A stretch of DNA of 64,000 nucleotides, taken from the NCBI RefSeq assembly GCF_001194135.2, contig NC_068998.1:46164821-46228820 (forward strand). Direction: 5' to 3'. Of the stretch, positions 40,970 through 54,065 are shown piece by piece; position 1 is the stretch's first letter; each line of letters opens with the position of its first letter. The position numbers and the translations under genes were made by a program. Under the pieces are notes generated by a model. The model did not search any database. It was not told the origin of the DNA and worked only from the letters and a program-made list of their open reading frames with translations. Source of the stretch: Octopus bimaculoides (taxonomy: Eukaryota).

Positions 40970-41290
40970 ACACAGGCAACGGTATTGGTGGTGGTGGTGG
41001 TGATGGTGAAGATAGATTGTCCTTGGTGGTAGTGATGGTATGTCGGTGACTGGGTGGTGGGCGATGGTATGGTGATGGTGGCTGCAGAGGTGGAGGTGAC
41101 GGTATGGTGGCATTGGAGGCGATGGTATGGTAGTGCTGGGAGCAATGACATGGTGGCTTTGTAGGTAATGGTATGGTGGTGCTGGGGGTGATGGTATGGT
41201 GGTGTTAGAAGCAACAGCATAGTGGCAATGGAGGTGCCAGTATGGTGGTGCTGGAGGCAATGCTGATGGTGGGTGTAATTCCATGGAGGC
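40970..41290. repeat. Degenerate ~21-bp GGT-rich minisatellite
   Basis: Recurrent gatggtatggtggtgctgg units. These explain the His/Pro/Thr-rich ORFs at 40849-41478. Confidence 0.8.
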
Positions 41291-41916
41291 AGAGAGGGGG
41301 GGCTGTGATGGTGGTAGGAGACAGGGAAGGGAGACTGTGGTAGCAGAGACTGGTGGTGGTAGTAACAGTGGTAGTGATGGTGATAGTAATGGTATAGAAG
41401 TGGTGTTGGTGGCGGGAGGGGGGAGATTAAGGGCAACTGGTGACTGTTGTTCTCTGAGCGGCTATTGTGTTGCGTCATTGTCTCCAGGGAAGAGAGAGAG
41501 AGAGAGAGAATTTAGATTTCAACAACAATCAGAACAACAGGAAGAACAATCTAAGTCTCTATCACACACACCAACCCAATGAGAGGAGGTGGTGGTGGTG
41601 GTGGGGGAATCAAAACCAGGAAACAAGACAAAGACAATGGGAAAAACAAGCCAAAGTGTGTGCATGTGTGGGTGGGTGGTGGGGAAAGGATGAGAGAGAG
41701 AGAGAGAGAGAGTGGGAGAGAAAGATAGAATAAAAAGGACAAAATATAATTAAAATAAACGATTGAAAGGGAGACAGGGTGGGGGCATAGAGGAAATAAT
41801 AAAGGACAGAAGTTCCCAGAGGAACCAAAAATATAAATCAGGTGGATACAACAACCACTAGGCATGCAGAGTTATAAAGATCATACACATATATATATAT
41901 ATATACATACACACAC

Positions 41917-41958
<42 letters not shown>

Positions 41959-43299
41959 NNNNNNNNNNNNNNNNNNNNNNNNNNNNNNNNNNNNNNNNNN
42001 NNNNNNNNNNNNNNNNNNNNNNNNNNNNNNNNNNNNNNNNNNNNNNNNNNNNNNNNNNNNNATCCCACCTTCCTGCACTTCCAATTATGTTCATTTACAA
42101 ATATAGAATATTTGGGAAAAGAAACTGAGGTTGGTGTTTTGTTTACTAGCTATGAAGGCAGCGGTGGTGATGCAGCAATAGTACTGGTGGTGTGCGACAA
42201 TTCGCCCCCCCCCAACCCCGCAAATAGTGGTGGCAGTGTTTTATTGTTGTGGTTGTTGTAATAGTGGTGGTGGTAGGTGGAGTGGCTGGTAGAGATGACA
42301 GCTGTAGAAACTTGTGTTTATGTGGACAATAAAGACATTCAGATGAGAGGGACACACAGACAGACACTGTAGAGATGAGGGGGGAGGGAGATATTCAAGG
42401 TATGTAAAATAAAAAGAAAGCCTCAGGACACCAATAATAAATGACTAGTTTGTATGTGTGTGTTTATATAAGGAGAGAGCAGATGTGTGTGTGTGTGTGT
42501 GTATACATGCACACACATATATACAGGCAAGTACTAGAAAGGCAGACACAAGAAGGTTTAATGCATATATTTATATGGAACACAAAATGTAGAGTAGAAA
42601 AGAAAAATAAACAAAAGGAGTTACATAAAAAGTCATCTTGACAGCTGTTTCAAACAAACTATTGCTGTTGCTTATATTGTAACAACATTCAAAATAAAGA
42701 TTTATATATGTATATAGTCCAACCCATGCCAGCATGGAAAACAGATATTAAAGGATGATATTAGTGGTTAAAGTGTTGAACTCACGATTGCGAGATCATG
42801 GGTTCAATTCCCAGACCGGGTGTTGCGTTGTGTTGTGTTCTAGAGCAAAGTACTTCATTTCATGCTGCTCTGCAATCATTTCAACATCTGACATGTGGCA
42901 CCCATTGCACCTGTACAGGTAATGTCGATCTGATGGAGGGAGTGAGCTTATATGTACAGAAACATTTGATTACTATAAGAAAATCATCTGTGTGGGTGTT
43001 CAGTAAGAAATTGTCAAACCCTTATAGGTCGTCTAACGATGGGAGAATCCATGATATACACGCACACACACAACACTGGAACTGGTAATTACAAATATCC
43101 TTTATAGAGGATATCCTTAATTCTTTCTCTCTGAAGAAGGAATAGTTGGCTTTTATATGGAAATCTTTGCTCAATGAGATATACGCCACAGTTGTATATT
43201 CGCAATTGATTGAACAAAAGGTATACCTACACAAATGTGCTGTGTCCTCATCCTCATACTGTTCCCTCGTAACTTTTTGAGATGTCTTGCAAACAACTC

Positions 43300-43807
43300 G
43301 CACATGCAAGTGCTACCAGTTGAGAACTCCACATACCGGAAGCCAGCAAGTGTATGGGGTCACCAGGAGAGAATGCGCACTGTTTCGGGGCCTACCTCTC
43401 AACGACATCAATGCACACCGCCCTGACTGATATGAGGCCCCGCTTGCTAGATCAACTGGTTATTAAATAAAGCTCAATATTTCTCTAACCATCGCTCATC
43501 GTCTTTTTTTAACCAAATCCAGTGGCTAGCCTTCTCCACTGNNNNNNNNNNNNNNNNNNNNNNNNNNNNNNNNNNNNNNNNNNNNNNNNNATATCGGTCA
43601 TGGTGTTAGGCCTAATGATAACAGCAGTCGTCTCACACTGTGTCCAACAAACCCTCTACATCCAACTTCGATTGGAAAATGCTCCACTTTCCAGCCTGCG
43701 TCTTCACATTTCTCAAGGAGGTTTACATAACGGTCAATCTTTAGAGCCCGCACGGCATCTGTGTCATCTTCCTGAGGAACCGTTAACTCTACTAGATTTA
43801 CAACTTT
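43300..43807 (-). mobile_element. 5'-truncated RLE-type (HERO-like) non-LTR retrotransposon 3' end
   Basis: 43807-43598 reads KVVNLVELTVPQEDDTDAVRALKIDRYVNLLEKCEDAGWKVEHFPIEVGCRGFVGHSVRRLLLSLGLTP*. After the N gap, 43539-43474 reads VEKASHWIWLKKDDERWLEKY*. ELTVPxE, P(I/V)EVGCRGF and ASxW(I/L)WLK are HERO-clade restriction-like endonuclease C-terminal motifs. The 3' UTR boundary is approximate. Confidence 0.85.
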
Positions 43808-45864
43808 TTAAGAAAAATGAATAATATTTTAATGAAATTTTCTACGAATACCTTTCAGGTGGTGTAGATTCTGATTATATTGGAATTTATTGTGAAAAAT
43901 TTTTTCAAGGATGGGAGGGAGAGTTTTAGACAATTCACATGCCTTGACTGTTTCTGCATAACTTTATAAAGAAAAAGAGGTATTTCTAAAAATACTTTTC
44001 AGATGGTATAGATTATGATATTGGAATTTCATGTAGAGAGAAAAATATATAAATAAATAAAAAATAGGGGGTGCACACATGTAACATAATGACATACATC
44101 ACATATATATGATCTAAAAGAAACTCGAAATTTTGAAATAAAATGTGGATGCTGACTAATCTTTTTTATTTGACATTGAATTCTGATAAAACTGTAACTG
44201 ACACCAACTGAAAGGTATTAATAGAAAATTTCTGTTTTTCTGAAAGGTATGAAGAAATAAAGCTATAGGAGGTGGGCACACTTGTGTAGGTATGCCTAAT
44301 AAATTACCATTACATCTAAGGAAGAAACTATATCAAAAGGTTGAACAAGCTAAAAGATTGATAAAATAACTACTAGTCATACATTTAATCCTTAAATGGT
44401 GGATACCATCAATTGATCTTTCATTAGCGAACAGCAGACATCATCAACTGACATCCAAACGTCTACTTTGTCAAATGCACCTAAGCATAAGTGACCCTTA
44501 TCATTGGGAGAAATCAGGTCAGAAATGGAAGATTTATGCAGCAATGAAATTTTTTCCGACTTTCCTTTATCAGATGAAGTTGATGATGATGATGATGATG
44601 ATGTTGATGATGATGATGTTAATGATGATGATGCTGTTCAAGATAGAGGAAAAAAAAAATTATGCTTCAACGAGTTGTGGATGGAAAATGTGCACTGATT
44701 TTTTTTTTCTTTTCTCTATTTGTACATTTGTTGAACAATAACAATCTGGGAAGCTCGAATGAATTTATGCTCACACCGGATGCAAAGGAAAGTAAATATT
44801 TTACAGCACTTTTTTGATAATGAGATTGTAAATATTCATAGTTTCACGCTTATTTAAAGCGAAAATAAAAAAGATTTTTCTTTCTTTCTTGTATTCACAT
44901 TCATACAACCCATTCCTGCCATTTCAGGGTTGAATCACACCACGACCACAACCTACCACAGTGTAACCATTAGAGACATTAGGGAAGGTTAACCAGGGTT
45001 TTAAAACTGGTAAAAAATATCAATGTAAGAAATGGTAATGGTAAAAAGTAAACATTTAAGTAGTNNNNNNNNNNNNNNNNNNNNNNNNNNNNNNNNNNNN
45101 NNNNNNNNNNNNNNNNNNNNNNNNNNNNNNNNNNNNNNNNNNNNNNNNNNNNNNNNNNNNNNNNNNNNNNNNNNNNNNNNNNNNNNNNNNNNNNNNNNNN
45201 NNNNNNNNNNNNNNNNNNNNNNNNNNNNNNNNNNNNNNNNNNNNNNNNNNNNNNNNNNNNNNNNNNNNNNNNNNNNNNNNNNNNNNNNNNNNNNNNNNNN
45301 NNNNNNNNNNNNNNNNNNNNNNNNNNNNNNNNNNNNNNNNNNNNNNNNNNNNNNNNNNNNNNNNNNNNNNNNNNNNNNNNNNNNNNNNNNNNNNNNNNNN
45401 NNNNNNNNNNNNNNNNNNNNNNNNNNNNNNNNNNNNNNNNNNNNNNNNNNNNNNNNNNNNNNNNNNNNNNNNNNNNNNNNNNNNNNNNNNNNNNNNNNNN
45501 NNNNNNNNNNNNNNNNNNNNNNNNNNNNNNNNNNNNNNNNNNNNNNNNNNNNNNNNNNNNNNNNNNNNNNNNNNNNNNNNNNNNNNNNNNNNNNNNNNNN
45601 NNNNNNNNNNNNNNNNNNNNNNNNNNNNNNNNNNNNNNNNNNNNNNNNNNNNNNNNNNNNNNNNNNNNNNNNNNNNNNNNNNNNNNNNNNNNNNNNNNNN
45701 NNNNNNNNNNNNNNNNNNNNNNNNNNNNNNNNNNNNNNNNNNNNNNNNNNNNNNNNNNNNNNNNNNNNNNNNNNNNNNNNNNNNNNNNNNNNNNNNNNNN
45801 NNNNNNNNNNNNNNNNNNNNNNNNNNNNNNNNNNNNNNNNNNNNNNNNNNNNNNNNNNNNNNAC

Positions 45865-45899
<35 letters not shown>

Positions 45900-45901
<2 letters not shown>

Positions 45902-46055
45902 ATGGGCTTCTTTCAGTTTCCGTCTACCAAATCCACTCACAAGGCTTTGGTCGGCCAGAGGCTATAGTAGAAGACACTTGCCCAAGGTGCCACGCAGTGG
46001 GATTGAACCCGGAACCATATAGTTGGTAAGCAACCTTCTCACCACACTGCCACTC
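45900..46055 (-). mobile_element. SINE family B head, low divergence
   Basis: gatgggcttctttcagtttccgtctaccaaatccactcacaaggctttgg...cccggaaccat. Confidence 0.85.
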
Positions 46056-46499
46056 CTGCAACTCCTGTAACTGTATATAAAAAAAACAATCATACCTTTC
46101 AAATGTATTGAGTGTTTTCAATTCTTGAACCTATCAACAACTGTGTGTGTGCGTGTGTGTATAACAGTAGTCCAAATATGGATTCAGAGAATCATGCAGT
46201 AAGCGTCTCCTTCAGAACTGGTTATTTAGAGTTGAACTGTAGATTTAACCATGATGTTTTGGTGATCTGATGAGCTAGCTTTCTTTATTTGCATTGATTA
46301 GTAGATATACAATTGTATAATTTTGAACATACATATTGATACAAACACGTATGTATAATTTTACGCTCACTGAAATTAATACTACATGAAGGAGGTTACG
46401 AAATTGCTATAATCATACAGAAGTCATATAAGATAAATGAAGCTATCTTCGCCTCACACACATCTCCTGTCTTTATGTTTTATCTATGTCCAACCCATT

Positions 46500-46887
46500 G
46501 TTTGTTGTTGGCACTCCGTCGCTTATAACGTGGAGGGTTCCAGTTGATCTAATCAACGGAACAGCCTGCTCGTGAAATTAACGTGCAAGTGGCTGAGCAC
46601 TCCACAGACACGTGTACTCTTAACGTAGTTCTCGGGGAGATTCAGCATGACACAGTGTGATAAGGCTGAACCTTTGAAATACAGGCACAACAGAAACAGG
46701 AAGAAAGAGTGAGAGGAAGTTGTGGTGAAAGAGTACAGCAGGGTTCGCCACCATCCCCTGCCGGAGCCTTGTGGAGCTTTTAGGTGTTTTCGCTCAATAA
46801 ACACTCACAACGCCCGGTCTGGGAATCGAAGCCGCGATCCTATGACCACGAGTCCGCTGCCCTAACCACTGGGCCATTGCGCTTCCA
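46500..46887 (-). mobile_element. SINE family D, full length, tRNA-derived head
   Basis: Head gcgcaaTGGCCCAGTGGttagggcagcggactc...GCTTCGATTCCcagaccggg (A and B boxes) followed by ~310 nt of non-tRNA body ending in caacaaacaa. Confidence 0.85.
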
Positions 46888-47340
46888 CATGTCCAACCCA
46901 TACCTCCAAGGAAAATGGACATTAAATGATAACGGCCATAAATACATATATACACATGCACACGATGTAATATAATATGGAATATATTTATATACATGGA
47001 TATTTAAGTCATGGTAACATCATGTGCAAGTGCATGTGTGTATTGACAAAACGCAGAAAATGTATAAAGTACCAAGTGTTCTCACACTACTTTAAATGAA
47101 GTGTGATCAATATACAGTTTACCATAGTGTGGTTTATAATGTTGTGGTTCATACACACACACACAGAAAGGGGGGAGGTTAGAGATCAGGCCTTCCACCA
47201 TCACCACCATCATCATTCAGGCATCAGACCCACCATCACCACCACCACCACCTTCTGCAGTGACCTTCCTCTTCCACGTCTACTCTTCACTGACATCACA
47301 TCCGTTTTTTATCATGCACAATATTTCCATATCGGGTGAT

Positions 47341-47381
<41 letters not shown>

Positions 47382-50169
47382 TTTAATACCCAGTCACTTT
47401 CAGCTCACCTGTGATCTATCTAAATGTCAGTTAACACATTGTACACATCAAACAGATCCATCTCACTCTCTACATTCCATGCAATGCTGCACCCCCCTAC
47501 NNNNNNNNNNNNNNNNNNNNNNNNNNNNNNNNNNNNNNNNNNNNNNNNNNNNNNNNNNNNNNNNNNNNNNNNNNNNNNNNNNNNNNNNNNNNNNNNNNNN
47601 NNNNNNNNNNNNNNNNNNNNNNNNNNNNNNNNNNNNNNNNNNNNNNNNNNNNNNNNNNNNNNNNNNNNNNNNNNNNNNNNNNNNNNNNNNNNNNNNNNNN
47701 NNNNNNNNNNNNNNNNNNNNNNNNNNNNNNNNNNNNNNNNNNNNNNNNNNNNNNNNNNNNNNNNNNNNNNNNNNNNNNNNNNNNNNNNNNNNNNNNNNNN
47801 NNCACAGAGTCCCATGGGCCTCCTCCTTCACACACACTTCCATCCCACTCTCATCTTAAACAGCCCACCTACACTAATAAGCTACACTAATAAGCTATGT
47901 ACATCTGACAACATACTCACCCATCCACTCACTTTCCTGGGTCACATATATATTGCTGGCCCCACCCTCTGACAGACCATGAACACACAACCATCAGCCC
48001 CCACACATCAAGGCCACACAAACATACACATGTATATATACACACACATACACAAACACACCAAGGCCATACAGACACACTTCATACGTACACACACACA
48101 CACCCACACACACACTAACAAGGCCATTCATACATATGCACACACAAATCAACAAGGCCATACACACACACATCAACAAGGCCATACACACACACACACT
48201 TCAACAAGGCCACACACACACACACACTTCAACNNNNNNNNNNNNNNNNNNNNNNNNNNNNNNNNNNNNNNNNNNNNNNNNNNNNNNNNNNNNNNNNNNN
48301 NNNNNNNNNNNNNNNNNNNNNNNNNNNNNNNNNNNNNNNNNNNNNNNNNNNNNNNNNNNNNNNNNNNNNNNNNNNNNNNNNNNNNNNNNNNNNNNNNNNN
48401 NNNNNNNNNNNNNNNNNNNNNNNNNNNNNNNNNNNNNNNNNNNNNNNNNNNNNNNNNNNNNNNNNNNNNNNNNNNNNNNNNNNNNNNNNNNNNNNNNNNN
48501 NNNNNNNNNNNNNNNNNNNNNNNNNNNNNNNNNNNNNNNNNNNNNNNNNNNNNNNNNNNNNNNNNNNNNNNNNNNNNNNNNNNNNNNNNNNNNNNNNNNN
48601 NNNNNNNNNNNNNNNNNNNNNNNNNNNNNNNNNNNNNNNNNNNNNNNNNNNNNNNNNNNNNNNNNNNNNNNNNNNNNNNNNNNNNNNNNNNNNNNNNNNN
48701 NNNNNNNNNNNNNNNNNNNNNNNNNNNNNNNNNNNNNNNNNNNNNNNNNNNNNNNNNNNNNNNNNNNNNNNNNNNNNNNNNNNNNNNNNNNNNNNNNNNN
48801 NNNNNNNNNNNNNNNNNNNNNNNNNNNNNNNNNNNNNNNNNNNNNNNNNNNNNNNNNNNNNNNNNNNNNNNNNNNNNNNNNNNNNNNNNNNNNNNNNNNN
48901 NNNNNNNNNNNNNNNNNNNNNNNNNNNNNNNNNNNNNNNNNNNNNNNNNNNNNNNNNNNNNNNNNNNNNNNNNNNNNNNNNNNNNNNNNNNNNNNNNNNN
49001 NNNNNNNNNNNNNNNNNNNNNNNNNNNNNNNNNNNNNNNNNNNNNNNNNNNNNNNNNNNNNNNNNNNNNNNNNNNNNNNNNNNNNNNNNNNNNNNNNNNN
49101 NNNNNNNNNNNNNNNNNNNNNNNNNNNNNNNNNNNNNNNNNNNNNNNNNGGTAGTGGTGAGGGTGTTTTGGGTGTTGGGGAGAGGTTGCTAGTGCTGGGG
49201 CAGGGAATCATGGTGGAGGGGGGAAGTGGTTGAGTGGTGGTGGTGGTGGTAGTAATGATGGTGATGGAAGGAGCAAGGACAGACAGGTTGTGGTCAAATG
49301 TAGCAGGGGGGGGGGTGGACGTGGGTGGAAGAGGTGATACCATGTAAAGACAGGAAAAAAAAGCAGGACACCACACACACACAGAACTGCTGTCAGTCAC
49401 TAATCCATTGTCTGTGAGTATGTGTGTGTATGCATGTGCATATGTGAGTGTACATGCGGCAGGGCCTCTCACTCATCCCCCCCTCCACACACACACACAA
49501 ATACACACATACACCCACATGCAGCTGTGATTTAATATTTATAGCAACTACAAATGTGAATGTCAGAAACAAGACCTTACATGATGATGATGATGATGTT
49601 GGCTGTGCTGGTGGTTGTTATGGTAACAGAGACAACCATGGGAGAAATTTTTGTTTTGTTTTGCTTCACTTTGCTTTTGTGGATTGGCGGAATCGTGGAG
49701 AACATCAGATAAAATGCCTGGTGGTATTTCATCCAGTTCATTACACTCCGTGTTCAAATTCAGCTGGGGTCAACTTGGCTTTTCAGCCTTTCAGGTGTTA
49801 ATAAAATAAAGTACGGAGTCAAGTACTGGACTTGATATTATCTCAACTGACCCTTCTCTCTGCAATATTGTGGTCAAGCATCTAAGTTAGAAACAGAAAA
49901 ATGAGGATGGGGGACAGAGGAGGCTAAAGGGGTTGACCAGACCTTTGTAGTCCCCACCTCCTTCCGCTCAACTAGTGAGCAAGAGAAAGAGCCCTCAGAA
50001 ATTCTAGGTTGGTATCCAGCATGCTGGAACACCACTGGGAATGAGGGACCCCTTAGCTTTTGTTAAAGCATGTCTCTAGAACCCACTTCAGACCCAAGCT
50101 ACGTCTGCTCTGATAATTGGACAGTAATTTTTCACAAGAAGAGGCTAAGTCAATTACATTGATCCCAAA

Positions 50170-50303
50170 TGGTTCTGAGTTCAATCCTGCTGCATGGCAC
50201 CTTGGGCAACTGTCTTCTACTATAGCCACGAGCTGACCAAAGCCTTGAGAGAGGATTTGGTAGATGGAAACTAAAAGAAGCCCGTCGTGTGTGTGTGTGT
50301 GTG

Positions 50304-50362
<59 letters not shown>

Positions 50363-50450
50363 ATATATATATATTTATGCGTGTGTCCTTGTGTCTATGT
50401 TTGTCTCCCCCCACCATCGCTTGACAACCAATGTCGGTGTGTTTATGTCC
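50170..50450 (+). mobile_element. SINE family B (runs into a gap)
   Basis: ggttctgagttcaatcc...ccttgggcaactgtcttctactatagcc...atcgcttgacaacc. Confidence 0.8.
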
Positions 50451-52039
50451 NNNNNNNNNNNNNNNNNNNNNNNNNNNNNNNNNNNNNNNNNNNNNNNNNN
50501 NNNNNNNNNNNNNNNNNNNNNNNNNNNNNNNNNNNNNNNNNNNNNNNNNNNNNNNNNNNNNNNNNNNNNNNNNNNNNNNNNNNNNNNNNNNNNNNNNNNN
50601 NNNNNNNNNNNNNNNNNNNNNNNNNNNNNNNNNNNNNNNNNNNNNNNNNNNNNNNNNNNNNNNNNNNNNNNNNNNNNNNNNNNNNNNNNNNNNNNNNNNN
50701 NNNNNNNNNNNNNNNNNNNNNNNNNNNNNNNNNNNNNNNNNNNNNNNNNNNNNNNNNNNNNNNNNNNNNNNNNNNNNNNNNNNNNNNNNNNNNNNNNNNN
50801 NNNNNNNNNNNNNNNNNNNNNNNNNNNNNNNNNNNNNNNNNNNNNNNNNNNNNNNNNNNNNNNNNNNNNNNNNNNNNNNNNNNNNNNTATATATATATAA
50901 CAATATGTACTGATATATATATATAGTGCTGGTGCCATGTAAAAAGCATCCAACTAAGTAACAATTAGGCAACGAGTACTAAGTATGTACCAATGAATAC
51001 CTAGTGCATTCCAACAAGTACCTATGAGTACCAGTGATTCATTTGTATTTTCCACCCTCCAAGAAATACTGCACTCTATATATAATACATGAGACTGTAA
51101 CAATTTTGTTTGAGGGTTAAACTTGTCCAACAAGTTAACATAATCTGTGATTGTATATTAAGGCTGAAGCAATAACATTTTGGCAGAACCACTGCAGCCA
51201 TTTACCATCCTCAGAAATATACTGTAGTCTCTTAGTATATATATATATATATATATATAATAATCCTATCTTCTATAGACACAAGGCCTGACATTTTGGG
51301 AGTAAGAGACAAGTCGGTTATATCAACTTCAGTGCTCAACTGACCCTGAAAGGATGAAAAGCAAAGTTATCTTTGGTGTAATTTGAACCCAGAACATACA
51401 GATTCAGAAGAAACGCCGCTAAGCATCTTGTCCACTGTACTATTGATTTTCCCAGCTCACTGTCTTCTCCCTCTATGTATAATAATACTGAAGACAATAA
51501 CTGTTTGTCTAGTAAGTGACTTGATATGAGACTGTGGGTTATAGCAGAAGCCATTACATTGTGGAAGAACTGTTTTAATAATACACAAAGCAGTAAAATT
51601 CATTTAGAATTTATTTCCTGCAGTGTCATAATTTGTTATAATGTGACCTGATCATTGACAATGATCACATGAATATTTTGACAACTCACACAATAAATTT
51701 AAATTTAAAAAGAATTTAAACAGCTTTGTGTGCTATTAAAATGGTTCTTCCATGACGTAAGTTATTTATGAAACTCTTTTATTCCATTCAAATTTAGAGT
51801 AGTAACTTAGTGTAGCACTGTACAACAATGGTCTGACCGACTGATTAAATAAGCAACAGACCAACAGACTCCAGTGACTGACCAAATGGCTGATAAGGTG
51901 GTAAGCTTTCAAGTTTTCCTTTATTCTGAAGATCTTACTTATTCAGATCCATATTGGTTGCCTAATCCAATCTGATCACTGTAGTGATCAGATGACTGGA
52001 TGTTTTACACCACTAGCCACCATGCACTTCCAATTCTTT

Positions 52040-52560
52040 TTGATTGAGCCCTTCATCTTCCCATCGTCATGAAGGCTTTCCAAGTGGCCCTTTTTTGATC
52101 TCTTGGATACCACTCAGCAACAGTGTGGTTCCGTCTGTTGTCTGTCAACCTTGCAACATGCCCAGCCCAACAGAACCTGTGCTTCTGGTATTTTGTGATC
52201 ACATCTTTCCTGCTACCCCTTCTCTTGAATTACTTCATCTCTGATATGCTCTCTTCCTAGCATGAATCTTTCCATGGTTCTCTTTTCAAAGTAGCCCATA
52301 TTTCACTTGCGTATAAGAGCACAGGTTGAACAAGCATCTTGTCCAGCTTCTTTAAGTGCATCTTTATTGAGGTAAACACCTTCCATCCTGCCCTTATTCT
52401 CCTCAAGATTTCTAAGTTCATGTTTTGGCAGACGGACTCCTTTATTTTCTTGATGCCAACACTTCTCGCCCTTATTTAGCCTTGTGCTGCATTTTCCGTG
52501 ATTCCTGTCAATAACCAAATTATAACATTTCGAAAGATAATCCTGCATTTATAGAGTGAC
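52040..52560 (-). mobile_element. RTE-clade LINE 3' coding fragment
   Basis: Reads RRIRAGWKVFTSIK...QPVLLYASEIWATL...FCWAGHVARLTDNRRNHTVAEWYPRDQKR with frameshifts and stops. Confidence 0.85.
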
Positions 52561-52654
52561 ACCAGGAGAAACCTCTAAATCAGGGACACAGAATCCCCTT
52601 GCTTGCACTTAACTCTTTTGTTACAATATTTCTGTTGAAAGACATTCCCTTTCA

Positions 52655-52825
52655 TCATCATCATCGTTTAACGTTCGGTTTCCATGCTAGCATGGGTTGG
52701 ACGATTTGACTGAGGACTGGCAAGCCAGAAGGCTGCACCAGGCTCCAATCTGATCTGGCAGAGTTTCTACAGATGGATGCCCTTCCTAACACCAACCACT
52801 CCGAGTGTGTAGTGGGTGCTTTTGA
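52655..52825 (-). mobile_element. Repeat family A
   Basis: catcatcatcgtttaacgttcggtttccatgctagcatggg...gtagtgggtgctttt. Confidence 0.85.
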
Positions 52826-53608
52826 AAGATTGAAGAATTTACTAGAATAACTCATTAAGCTGGTCTTTAGAATGAATGTGAAATTCTGATGGAGGGTCTT
52901 AATATAGACCACTTCAACCCTTTAAGCATTTAGATCCCTGTCCAATGTAACGCTTCTTTACTCACAGCATTTCTAATTAACCAATGGTCTGATTGTTTAT
53001 ACTTTGAATGATATTATGAGGCAGGTGTGAGAAGCTGGATCTGGCCAGTTTGAATATATAACTGGTAGAATGTTTGGGCTCGATATGGTTGGTTACAATA
53101 GGAATTTTGTATTATAGAACCAGAGATGGTCTTAGGAGAATTAGTAACAAAAAGAGTTAAAATTTGACACGATCCACTGACAGAGTCTCTAAAAACACCC
53201 CTGTATGAAAATAATGGTTTGATCTTGAACACCCAAGCACAAATTTGTAAAACTAAGACTCGTTATTTTTCTCAACCAGACACACTCACTCCCATCATAA
53301 CCAACCAATTTCTTATTAACTTAGTTTACTACAAAAAAGGAAAAAAAAAAAACTTTCTCCCCCTCCCTCAAATCATACCCTGTTGCTAACTAAAAGAGAT
53401 AAGAAAAGGCAGAAAACCATTAGAGAAGATAGTCTCAGATACAGCAGTGAGATAGTGAAAAATAAAGGTTGGTATGGTCATGGCTGGAACGTCTTTGTAG
53501 GTTGGCAAGACGAAGGTTGTCATGACACTAAACAACACAGACAAGCAATTATAATTCATTTCTTAAAATTATTTGTCAAACTGTGTCATGGTTTATGAAA
53601 TATCAATG

Positions 53609-53646
<38 letters not shown>

Positions 53647-53844
53647 ACAGTCACAGATGTTCCTCACCATTAATTTTACTTCAGATCTCCATTAATTGTT
53701 TTATTAATTACATACAATTATTTATATTGATCTTAATTATATTGCTGGCTGGATTTTGTTAATTATAAAATTTCAGTCAACAGAGAAATAAAAATTGATC
53801 ACTACACAATAGAAGAGGTATTTTTCCTTATTTCACTGTGTGTA

Positions 53845-53968
53845 TATCAGATGTGTGTGTGTGTGTGTGTGTGTGTGTGGATCAGTAGATGTGTGTGTGT
53901 GTGTATCAATAGATGTGTACGTGTATCCAGTGTGTGTGTGTGTGTATACACAGATGTGTACGTGTATC

Positions 53969-54003
<35 letters not shown>

Positions 54004-54065
54004 GTATGTGTTTGCGTCTACATGTATCCGCATGGGTGTGTGTGCATGTGTACCTGTATCCAATG
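53845..54065. repeat. (TG)n-embedded minisatellite
   Basis: gatgtgtacgtgtatccagtgtgtg repeated between (TG)n tracts. Confidence 0.8.

Noticed and set aside
40849-41478. 209-aa His/Pro/Thr-rich ORF
   Set aside because: It is the translation of a GGT-rich minisatellite, with no splice or domain evidence.
43300-43541. LTR with aataaa and a primer-binding site (…cca-g-tggctagcc)
   Set aside because: The minus strand translates as the HERO C-terminus (VEKASHWIWLKK), which explains the sequence better.
46815-46887. Possible tRNA gene (also 34575-34650, 5080-5155, 42765-42820)
   Set aside because: A/B boxes are present but there is no proper cloverleaf or acceptor stem, and they continue into multi-copy SINE bodies.
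18098-51000. Long ORFs in the track spanning N runs and (CA/TA/GA)n tracts (e.g. 18154-19068, 44979-45878, 47979-49154, 48201-49472)
   Set aside because: Their length comes from gaps and microsatellites, with no protein motifs.
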